Shown in pieces: positions 8,265 to 16,102 of a stretch of DNA of 28,765 bases (within the stretch, counting starts at the first letter, position 1; every line of letters begins with the position of its first letter). Location: contig JBDTXT010000001.1 in NCBI GenBank assembly GCA_040006035.1, forward strand, positions 1-28,765. The letters are read 5' to 3'. The notes under the pieces were generated by a model that saw only the letters and a list, made by a program, of their open reading frames with translations, did not search any database and had not been told where the DNA came from. Source of the DNA: Pseudonocardiales bacterium. Lineage in GTDB: Bacteria; Actinomycetota; Actinomycetes; Mycobacteriales; Jatrophihabitantaceae. The position numbers were made by a program, and so were the translations under genes.

Positions 8265-9293
8265 ATGCGAGCAGTGGTCTATGACGCGTTCGGCGAACTG
8301 CCCGAAGTGCGTGACATTGCCCCGCCTCTCTGTCCGCCGGACGGCGCGCTCATCCGGGTCGAGGCGACGGGGGTGTGTCGCAGCGACTGGCACGCCTGGC
8401 TGGGCCACGACGCGGACGTGACACTGCCGCACGTACCCGGGCACGAGTTCGCCGGAGTGGTGGTCGACGTCGGCCGGAGCGTCCGCTCCGCGCTTGTCGG
8501 GCAACGGGTTACCGTGCCATTCGTGTGTGCGTGCGGCGACTGCGCGCAGTGCCGAGAGGGCAACCAGCAGGTCTGCCCGAACCAGACGCAACCGGGGTTC
8601 ACCCATGCCGGATCCTTCGCGGAACTGGTCGCCGTGCACCACGCCGACATCAACCTCGTGCCGCTACCCGATGCCGTCGACAGCGTCACCGCCGCGGGCC
8701 TCGGCTGCCGGTTCGCCACGGCCTACCGTGCCGTCGTGGCGCACGGCCGGGTGCAGCCCGGCACCTGGGTGTCCGTGCACGGCTGCGGCGGCGTCGGGTT
8801 GGCCGCGGTCATGATCGCGGCCGCGCACGGCGCGCAGGTGCTGGCCGTCGACATCAACCCGGCCGCGCTCGAACTGGCTCGCGAATTCGGTGCTGCGCAC
8901 ACTCTCAACCCGCCCGCCGCCGGTGAGATCGTGCGGCTCACCGGTGGCGGCGCGCACGTCAGCGTCGAAGCGCTCGGCCGAGCCTCGACGTTCGCCGATT
9001 CGATCGGCGGGCTGCGCCGGTGCGGCCGCCACGTCCAGGTCGGGCTGCTGCTGGCCGACGACGCGAACCCGCCGACGGACATGGCCGCGGTCATCGGCAG
9101 GGAACTCGAGATCATCGGCAGCCACGGCATGCCCGCACACGCCTACCCGCAGCTGCTGGCCGAGATCGCGGACGGCGGACTACAGCCCAATCGCCTGGTG
9201 TCAAAGGTGATCACGCTCGATGAGGCACCCCTCGTGCTGGCCACCCTCGGCCAGGACGGTCAACCCGGGACGACCGTCATCAGGATGGGATGA
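8265..9293 (+). CDS. Zinc-dependent alcohol dehydrogenase (MDR family)
   Basis: GVCRSDWH, GHEFAG, structural-Zn CGDCAQCREGNQQVC, LGCRFATA, VHGCGGVG Rossmann motif; ATG 8265 is 8 nt after the GNAT stop. Confidence 0.93.
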   Translation: MRAVVYDAFGELPEVRDIAPPLCPPDGALIRVEATGVCRSDWHAWLGHDADVTLPHVPGHEFAGVVVDVGRSVRSALVGQRVTVPFVCACGDCAQCREGNQQVCPNQTQPGFTHAGSFAELVAVHHADINLVPLPDAVDSVTAAGLGCRFATAYRAVVAHGRVQPGTWVSVHGCGGVGLAAVMIAAAHGAQVLAVDINPAALELAREFGAAHTLNPPAAGEIVRLTGGGAHVSVEALGRASTFADSIGGLRRCGRHVQVGLLLADDANPPTDMAAVIGRELEIIGSHGMPAHAYPQLLAEIADGGLQPNRLVSKVITLDEAPLVLATLGQDGQPGTTVIRMG

Positions 9294-10177
9294 CGCGCAT
9301 GCGCCTGGTGTCGTTGCTGCCGTCGGCGACCGAGATCGTCTACGCGCTCGGGCTGGGAGATCAGCTCGTCGGAGTGACGTTCGAGTGCGACGAACCGCCG
9401 TCGGCGCGCCTGGAGAAGGCGGTCGTGGTGGCCGGTCGCGACACCTCCGCCATGAAGCCCGGGGAGATCGACGCTTACGTGCGCGCAAAATCGGCCGCCG
9501 GTGAGGACCTGTACACGCTGCACCAGGACGCTCTGGCCGGCCTGGACCCCGACCTGGTTATCACCCAGGACCTCTGCTGGGTGTGCGCGATCCCGTCCGG
9601 CCAGGTCGACGAGGCACTGGCCTATCTAGGCTGCAGCGCTGACGTCGTGTCACTCGACCCGCACTCGCTCGAGGACGTTCTCGAGACCATCAGCACAGTG
9701 GCCGAGCGCACCGGGACGCAGGCACGGGCCGCGGAGTTGATCGCCGGGCTGCGGCACCGGTTGGCCCGCGTGTCGGCGGCGGTCGCACACCGAGCACGGC
9801 CACGGGTCGCGGTCGTCGAGTGGGTCGACCCGCCGTTCCCGGGTGGGCATTGGATCCCGGATCTGATCAGTGCGGCCGGTGGCGAGCCAGTGGCGGCGAT
9901 GGCGCGCACGCCGTCGGCCCCCACCACGTGGCCGGCAATCGCGCAGGCGGCGCCCGATGTCGTGATCGTGGCGCCGTGCGGCTATCACCTCCCCGGCGCC
10001 GCCGAGCAGGCCCGTATCGTCGCCGACGCCCTTCCTGGCCCGCAGATCTGGGCCATCGACGCCGACGGCATCGTGGTCCGCCCCGGGCCGCGGCTCGTCG
10101 ACGGTGTCGAAGCGATCGCGGCGATCCTGCACCCAGCGTTGGTCCCGGCGTCGGACGCGGTGCTGCGCGTCAGGTAG
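9290..10177 (+). CDS. BtuF-like (cobalamin/siderophore-type) substrate-binding-fold protein without signal peptide
   Basis: RLVSLLPSATEIVYALG...VGVTFECD, DPDLVITQDLCWVC, EWVDPPFPGGHWIPD, RPGPRLVDGVE; ATGA overlap with the ADH stop. Confidence 0.85.
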   Translation: MTRMRLVSLLPSATEIVYALGLGDQLVGVTFECDEPPSARLEKAVVVAGRDTSAMKPGEIDAYVRAKSAAGEDLYTLHQDALAGLDPDLVITQDLCWVCAIPSGQVDEALAYLGCSADVVSLDPHSLEDVLETISTVAERTGTQARAAELIAGLRHRLARVSAAVAHRARPRVAVVEWVDPPFPGGHWIPDLISAAGGEPVAAMARTPSAPTTWPAIAQAAPDVVIVAPCGYHLPGAAEQARIVADALPGPQIWAIDADGIVVRPGPRLVDGVEAIAAILHPALVPASDAVLRVR

Positions 10178-12932
10178 CCGACCCGAGATCCTCAGGCGCA
10201 TGATCAGCCGCCTCTCGCGCGATCTCGCTGCGGGAGCGGGCGTCAAGCTTGGCCAGAATGTGTGACACGTGGGTCTGCACGGTGCGCCGGGACAGGAACA
10301 GTTCCGCAGCGATGTCCGGGTTGGACAACCCCTTCGCCACCAACTCCGCCGTCTTCAACTCAGTCGGGCTCAGGCTTCCCCAGCCGCTGGTAGGGCGGCC
10401 CGCGACCCGCGGGCGATGGCGGCGCATACCCAGGGGGCGGGTCCTGGCATCGACGCGGCGGATGTCCCACTCGGCCCCGAGCGCGGCGTAGGTGTCTATC
10501 GCCTCGATGAAGACCGGCCGGGCTCGCCCGAGGTCCCCACCCTCACCCAACAGAACCGCGAGCTCCTCCAGGGTCTGGGCAAGCTCGAGGGGGCGTTGGA
10601 CGCAGCGATAATAATCAGCCGCGGCCACCAACGCCGCCGGGTCGCGTTCGAGCAGGCCGCGGCACTGATCCGCCCCCGCTTGCATGGCCGGGAACGGGGC
10701 CGCCTGCGCATCGGCGAGACACATGGCGGCCGCGTCACCAGCCGTGGCGGTGTCCCCGACCGCCAGGGCCGCCCGCACAAGTGCGGGCAGGCACAGTGAG
10801 CGACCGTTTCCGCGGATGAAGTTCGCCCCGAGCGTCGCCGTGAGCTCGGCCACGGCGGCGTGAGGCTGGTGAGCCTGCTCGGCCACGACCGCCCGGGCCA
10901 GGATCACGTACGCGGAGTTCCAGAGAGTCCACGAATTAGCCGGCGTGAGTGCGTCATTCTCGTAGACCGTGTCCAGATGCAACGTGGCCGCCGGACGGTC
11001 ATTGCGATGCGCTGCCATGAGCGCCTTGAGGCCATGATGGACGAGAAAGGACGGGTCGCCTGGCTCCAGGTCGTCAGTGGCCTCGAGTTCGGCCAGCGCG
11101 TCATCCCATTGACCACAGGTGAAGTAATGAGTCGCGATCGACACCGTCACCTGAGCGAATCGCACTCTGCCCACCCGGTCGACGAGGTTGCGCGCCTGAC
11201 GGATCGTGTCCTCGGCCGCGGCGAACAGATCGCCGGCGTCCAGCGCGTGGATCCGATGGCTGAGCATGAGCAGCCGAAGGTCCGTGTGCTCGGGATTGTC
11301 ATCGCGGAGCAAGGCCAGCCCGCGTTCGAGGTTCTCGACGAATCCGCTGACATCCAAGTGGCTGGCCCGCTCGGCGGCCACCGTATGCAGTGCGTACGCG
11401 GCCGCCAGATCGTCCTGCTCGGCTGCGTCGAGAACCTCGTCCGCCGCGGCCCGGGCCACCTCGGCCTCGCCGCGCACCATGTGGCACTGTGCGAGCAGAG
11501 CGGTCAGCCGGGCCCACCACCGGTGCGGGAGCGCTTCGCTGGCCAACGTCTCACGCAGGGCCTTGATCGCCTCGTCGGCCCGTCCGGAGCGCAGCAACGC
11601 GCCGCCGAGCGCCCAGGTCATGACCCCGATCTGGTCGCCGTCCTTGGTCCGACCGAGCACCTGCCGGGCGAGCGCCTCGGACTCCTCGTTACGTCCGGCC
11701 CGCAGCAGTCCAATGGTCAGCCAACTGGCCAGGACGTCGCGGCCCTCGTCGGTTCCGATGTGCGAGCCCGCGACGGCGTCGAACAGCTGCATGGCTATCT
11801 CGGGCGCCAGATGGATCAACACCGGTGCGGCCTCGACGAGCCAGTCGAACATCCACTCATCGGCTGTTTCGGCGGCCGGGAGCATCTGTTCGGCCACCCG
11901 GTCGACCGAGGCTCCGGAATCGGCCAGGGCCCGCGCGATCTGACCATGTAGCGCCACCCGCATCCCGGTCGGAGTTGCCTCGTAGAGCGCCTGGCGGATG
12001 ACTGGGTGCCGGAACGCGTAGCGCGCCCCAGCCGGAACCACGACGCGCGCGGCCACCGCTTCGTCCATGACCGCGATGAGTTCGCTCGGTGCACGGTTGG
12101 CCACGATGGACAGATCCGCCACAGCGAACTCCCGGCCGAGCAGAGCGGCCAGGCGCAGCATCTGCCCGGTCTCGGTCGACAGAAAACCCAGCCGGTCGGC
12201 GATCGCCGCCGCCAGCGACTCCGGCGCGCGGCCGCCCGCGCAGGGCCCGTCGCGGAGCAGGGCGTCGGCGAGTTCGGTCAGGTACAGCGGGTTCCCCCCG
12301 GCTTGGGCAGCGAGTTCGTGCAGGTCAGGACCCGGTGGCCGGCCGAGCAATCCCGTGATCAGGTCTGCGGCCTGCTCGCTGTCCAAGGGACCCAGGTCAA
12401 GGACGGTGCCCCGGCCGGCTTCGATATCACGCCGCAGTCGCACCAGGCTGTCCGGCCGTGGCGTAGGCCGGCACGCGCCAACCAGCAGCAACGGGAGCTG
12501 GTCGATGACCCGGCTCAGCCGCTCCCAAACGAGCATGCTCGCGTCGTCGGCCCACTGCAGGTCGTCGATGACGAGGACGAGCGGGGAGTCGGAGCAGAGG
12601 TGATCGACCAGCGCGAGCGCCCGCTCCATCGCCGCCAGCACCGGGTCGGCACCCTCAGCCAGGGACGGATCCGGTACCCGGGCGTCGAAACCGAGACATT
12701 CGATGAGCACTTGTAAGGGGAACCGGTGTCCCCACTCCTCGGCCGCGCTCCATCGCAGCGCACAGCCCAGACGTTCGGCCTCGGCCAGGCCCTGCGCCAA
12801 TAGCGCGGACTTGCCGATCCCCGACTCCCCCTCGATCAGGACCGAGGCGCCGACTCCGTCGGCCACTGCGACCACAAGGTCGCGTAGCCGCTGGAGTTCC
12901 TTCGCTCGGCCAACGAAGACACCCTCAAGCAC
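10170..12932 (-). CDS. LAL-type large ATP-binding LuxR-family transcriptional regulator (AAA ATPase + helical repeats + LuxR HTH)
   Basis: FVGRAKEL, Walker A GESGIGKS, Walker B LVIDDLQWAD, GGNPLYL, C-terminal LSPTELKTAELVAKGLSNPDIAAELFLSRRTVQTHVSHILAKL; GTG start at 12932 inferred. Confidence 0.93.
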   Translation of the reverse strand: MLEGVFVGRAKELQRLRDLVVAVADGVGASVLIEGESGIGKSALLAQGLAEAERLGCALRWSAAEEWGHRFPLQVLIECLGFDARVPDPSLAEGADPVLAAMERALALVDHLCSDSPLVLVIDDLQWADDASMLVWERLSRVIDQLPLLLVGACRPTPRPDSLVRLRRDIEAGRGTVLDLGPLDSEQAADLITGLLGRPPGPDLHELAAQAGGNPLYLTELADALLRDGPCAGGRAPESLAAAIADRLGFLSTETGQMLRLAALLGREFAVADLSIVANRAPSELIAVMDEAVAARVVVPAGARYAFRHPVIRQALYEATPTGMRVALHGQIARALADSGASVDRVAEQMLPAAETADEWMFDWLVEAAPVLIHLAPEIAMQLFDAVAGSHIGTDEGRDVLASWLTIGLLRAGRNEESEALARQVLGRTKDGDQIGVMTWALGGALLRSGRADEAIKALRETLASEALPHRWWARLTALLAQCHMVRGEAEVARAAADEVLDAAEQDDLAAAYALHTVAAERASHLDVSGFVENLERGLALLRDDNPEHTDLRLLMLSHRIHALDAGDLFAAAEDTIRQARNLVDRVGRVRFAQVTVSIATHYFTCGQWDDALAELEATDDLEPGDPSFLVHHGLKALMAAHRNDRPAATLHLDTVYENDALTPANSWTLWNSAYVILARAVVAEQAHQPHAAVAELTATLGANFIRGNGRSLCLPALVRAALAVGDTATAGDAAAMCLADAQAAPFPAMQAGADQCRGLLERDPAALVAAADYYRCVQRPLELAQTLEELAVLLGEGGDLGRARPVFIEAIDTYAALGAEWDIRRVDARTRPLGMRRHRPRVAGRPTSGWGSLSPTELKTAELVAKGLSNPDIAAELFLSRRTVQTHVSHILAKLDARSRSEIAREAADHAPEDLGSAT

Positions 12933-13101
12933 CCCGCACCCAGCCTTCTTCTCAGCGTCAAGGTAGGGGCTTGAAAATACGCGGGTGAAGCCGGTCGGCA
13001 CCACGGCTCCATGTGACCAGCGTCAGGCGCACCGGTTAACGCGCCGGTGTCCCCGTGGCCGTCCGAGTACGCCCGTTCCTTTCCAGTGGCACACTCGGGC
13101 C

Positions 13102-13617
13102 ATGCCCTACGAGCTCGCCCAGGTCAACGTGTCCCGGCTCGCCGCCCCGTTGGACGATCCCGCCCTGGCCGACTTCGTGGCGGCCCTTGACCCGGTGAAC
13201 GCGGTGGCCGACGTTGCACCAGGGTTCATCTGGCGGATGCAGACCGAGGACGGCAACGCGACCGCGATCCAGGCCTTCACCTGGGACGCCGCCGGCAGCT
13301 CGGGCGTGATCGTCAACATGTCGGTGTGGACAGACGTCGAACACCTCGCCGCGTTCGTCTACGGCGAGATGCACCGGCAGGTCCTGCGTCGCCGGCGCGA
13401 GTGGTTCGAACCGATGAAGGAGGCGTTCAGCGCGTGCTGGTGGGTGCCGGCCGGGCACCGGCCCACCACCGACGACGCGGAGAAGCGGGTACGGCAGCTG
13501 CGCGGCCAGGGCCCGAGTGTCCGAGCATTCACACTTCGTGAGCATTACCCGCCGCCTGATGCCGGCCAGGCCGCCACGCCCCTCCCGGGGGCCGACGACT
13601 GGCTCTGCCCGGCCTGA
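13102..13617 (+). CDS. DUF3291 domain-containing protein
   Basis: YELAQVNVSRLAAPLDDP...VNAVADVAPGFIWR...VNMSVWTDVEHLAAFVY...RRREWF...WWVPAGHRPT...GPSVRAFT; ATG preceded by CACACT-N6, a leaderless-type arrangement. Confidence 0.88.
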   Translation: MPYELAQVNVSRLAAPLDDPALADFVAALDPVNAVADVAPGFIWRMQTEDGNATAIQAFTWDAAGSSGVIVNMSVWTDVEHLAAFVYGEMHRQVLRRRREWFEPMKEAFSACWWVPAGHRPTTDDAEKRVRQLRGQGPSVRAFTLREHYPPPDAGQAATPLPGADDWLCPA

Positions 13618-13628
13618 GCGGCCAAGCA

Positions 13629-13662
13629 GATGCGCCGCACACCTGGTGGTGTGCGGCGCATC
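13629..13662. terminator. Probable bidirectional intrinsic terminator
   Basis: Perfect 15-bp inverted repeat GATGCGCCGCACACC / GGTGTGCGGCGCATC with 4-nt loop TGGT, between two convergent stop codons (13617, 13691). Confidence 0.85.
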
Positions 13663-13690
13663 CTCGTACTGCGTCAGCTCGGTCAGTGCG

Positions 13691-14668
13691 TTAGGCCACC
13701 GGGCTGGAGAAACCGGAGACACCGCCACTGCCGACGCTCAGGTTCTTCTGGGTCGTCCAGCTCGTCGAACCGTCACTGCCGGTGCTGTTACCGGAGATGT
13801 AGGTGAACGAGTCGCCGTTCGCCGCCACCACCAGACCCACGTGACTGGTCCCCGACGAGACGTTGAAGACAACCGCGTCGCCGACCTGGGGGTTGTTCGT
13901 GTGGTACGTCCCGTGGTCGACCCCGTAGGTGTAGAAGCTGTTCGCCATCGCGTTCAGCCCACCGGTGTTCGCACCGGCCTGGGCCCACACCCACAGTGCG
14001 AAGTCAGCGCACCATTCCTCGGTCCGCCAGCCGTTGGAGCAGGCCGAACCGCCGACACCGAGTTCGGTCGAGTAGAAGTTGCAGTTGTACCCGCCGATCT
14101 CGTGATTGCGGCCGGCGTTGTTCAGTTCCTGGGTGGCGATGTTCGCGATGTTGCTCGTCAGGTCACCGGACGGCGGCGGGGGCGGCGGCGGGGGCGGCGG
14201 CGGCGGCGGGGCACACCCGGTCCGGGCTATGCCCATCGCAGCCATCGTGTCCGGGCCGGCCGCGCCATCGGCGCTCAAGCCGTGCGCGGCCTGCCAGGCG
14301 GCGACGGCGTCCTTGGTCGCCGGACCGTAGGCACCGTCCTGGCCGGCGCCGGCGACGCCCTGCACCTCGGAGACCTTGGCGGCCAGAGCGGCGTCAGTCT
14401 GCGGACCGTCCACGCCATCGACGGCGATACATGCGTCGGTTTGGAAGGCGCTCGTCGCGCCCTGCGTCTGGGGGCCGGACTGCCCGTCAATGCCCGAGAA
14501 CGGCAGGTAGCCCAGGCCGGCCAGGTCGTACTGGAGCTGCGTGGTGTCCACTGCCGAAGCGGGCGAGGACATGCTCACCGCCAGCCCGGCACAGGTGGAC
14601 AACGTCAGCAGGCCGAGGGCCATTCGGACACCCAGCCGGGACCGTATTCTGTGCTTTCCGATTTTCAT
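13691..14668 (-). CDS. Secreted peptidoglycan hydrolase: signal peptide + 2x PG-binding domains + poly-Pro linker + CHAP domain
   Basis: ATG 14668 (MKIGKHRIRSRLG...PASA signal); two DGxxGPxT peptidoglycan-binding repeats; CHAP motifs EEWCADF (Cys) and PQVGDAVVF...SHVGLV (His)...ISGN. Confidence 0.9.
   Translation of the reverse strand: MKIGKHRIRSRLGVRMALGLLTLSTCAGLAVSMSSPASAVDTTQLQYDLAGLGYLPFSGIDGQSGPQTQGATSAFQTDACIAVDGVDGPQTDAALAAKVSEVQGVAGAGQDGAYGPATKDAVAAWQAAHGLSADGAAGPDTMAAMGIARTGCAPPPPPPPPPPPPPSGDLTSNIANIATQELNNAGRNHEIGGYNCNFYSTELGVGGSACSNGWRTEEWCADFALWVWAQAGANTGGLNAMANSFYTYGVDHGTYHTNNPQVGDAVVFNVSSGTSHVGLVVAANGDSFTYISGNSTGSDGSTSWTTQKNLSVGSGGVSGFSSPVA
14171..14209 (-). repeat. (CCG/CCC)13 tandem repeat encoding a 13-proline linker
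   Basis: 39 nt of CCG/CCC codons between the PG-binding and CHAP domains. Confidence 0.9.
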
Positions 14669-14805
14669 GAAACAAGCCTGTCCCGACACGTTCTCGCTGG
14701 CATCCGCCATCTGGCCTAAATATCCAATTAATATCGAATGTCGCGATTGGTCCAGTCGGCGTGGGGGAGATACGTTTACGGCCGTCCGGGACGCTGGAGC
14801 ACCCC

Positions 14806-15519
14806 TCAGAGCCAAGGGGAAAGCTCAGGCAGCCCGCCGCTATCAGCCCTGCACCCACCGGCTCCCCGGCCAGCGAGCCAAGCGGCCAAGTCGGCCACCC
14901 GGCCCCGGACGGTGACTGCCTCACCGATTCCGCCCACCGCCCAGGCGCTGCCCTCGAAGCTCAGCAGCTCGAGCGCCGGGCCGTCACCCTGCGCCGAGCG
15001 GCGGGCGGCGATGTCGCCGATCAAAGCCGCGCACAACGCCACCGGCAGATCGTCGAACCCGATGCCCACCCCGAGATCGACCGAATGGACCGCGACCTCT
15101 CGCACCCGCATCCAGACGATCTCGGTCGCTGGCACCGCGCGGCCCTGAGCCGTGCGGACCTCGGCCGTCCACTGGTCCTCTGCCAGCGCGTCCAGGTCAC
15201 CGTCGAGCGCGGCCGCACTGTCGTGCACCAGCGCCCGCAGCCGAGCACCGGGCCAGGACGACGCCGCTTCGATGTCGGCCGAGCGCTGCTCCATCGAGGA
15301 GTACATCGGACTCGGTTCGCCAATAGCGGCCCAGCGCACCAGGTTCTGCAGTGCCTGCGCGTTCAACCCCACGTGAGCGATCAGGTGCCGGCGGGTCCAG
15401 CCAGGCAGCGCGCTCGCTTCGTCGAACGCGTCGTCGGCCAAGGCGTCGACGGCACCGAGGAAAAGCGTGGTGCCCGCCCGCAGCCACGGTCTCGTCTCGT
15501 CGGTACTGAGCCATTTCAT
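14806..15519 (-). CDS. Maleylpyruvate isomerase family mycothiol-dependent enzyme (MDMPI/DinB superfamily)
   Basis: SALPGWTRRHLIAHV and WMRVREVAVHSVDLG His motifs; GGAG RBS before ATG. Confidence 0.9.
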   Translation of the reverse strand: MKWLSTDETRPWLRAGTTLFLGAVDALADDAFDEASALPGWTRRHLIAHVGLNAQALQNLVRWAAIGEPSPMYSSMEQRSADIEAASSWPGARLRALVHDSAAALDGDLDALAEDQWTAEVRTAQGRAVPATEIVWMRVREVAVHSVDLGVGIGFDDLPVALCAALIGDIAARRSAQGDGPALELLSFEGSAWAVGGIGEAVTVRGRVADLAAWLAGRGAGGCRADSGGLPELSPWL

Positions 15520-15570
15520 CGCGGTCTCCAGTCAGCTGAGCAGCCGTCGGTACAGCGGCGGCCGCGTTCT

Positions 15571-16047
15571 TCACCCGGAGCGAGTGATGGTGAACATGTA
15601 GCAACCGTAGGAGACGTTGCGGCTGTGGATCTGGACCACTGCCGGATCGTCGAGCAGTGTGCTGATCGCGGCCTCGGGGTCCTGGCCGTCGTGCAGGCTC
15701 GCGGCGTGGATCCAACCCCGGTCGTCGTAGGCGCGCAATACCTGCGCGCGGCCGCGCCATCCGTTCGGGTAGGCGTCAGTCGCGGCCGGTCCGGCACACG
15801 GCTGGGCGTGGGCGAAGATCGCACCGATCTCGCGGTACGGGCTGGTCGGCAACGGCGGCTCGTAGCCGAACAGGATCAGCGCCTCGCCGGCGCGCGCATC
15901 ACGCAGGCAGCAACGCAGCGGTTCCCCGCCACCCGCGGTCACCCCCGCGGGCGGGTGGCCCGACGCGTCGCGTTCGCTGGCGCGCACCTGGTTGAGCAGC
16001 GCGGGCGGCACAGCGTGGATGCGGAGGTCTGTCGTGGTGGTGGTCAT
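15571..16047 (-). CDS. DUF1203 domain-containing protein
   Basis: GEPLRCCLRDA...LILFGYEP...PYREIGAIFAHA...LRAYDDRGWI...IHSRNVSYGCY. Confidence 0.88.
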   Translation of the reverse strand: MTTTTTDLRIHAVPPALLNQVRASERDASGHPPAGVTAGGGEPLRCCLRDARAGEALILFGYEPPLPTSPYREIGAIFAHAQPCAGPAATDAYPNGWRGRAQVLRAYDDRGWIHAASLHDGQDPEAAISTLLDDPAVVQIHSRNVSYGCYMFTITRSG

Positions 16048-16102
16048 ACCTCAATCGTGGCCGCTGTCACCGAGGCGTGCTGGCGGAAATCGGACAGCGC
16101 GT

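Noticed and set aside
14669-14805. c-di-AMP (ydaO) riboswitch upstream of the cell-wall hydrolase
   Set aside because: The leader is only about 137 nt and lacks the characteristic conserved segments.
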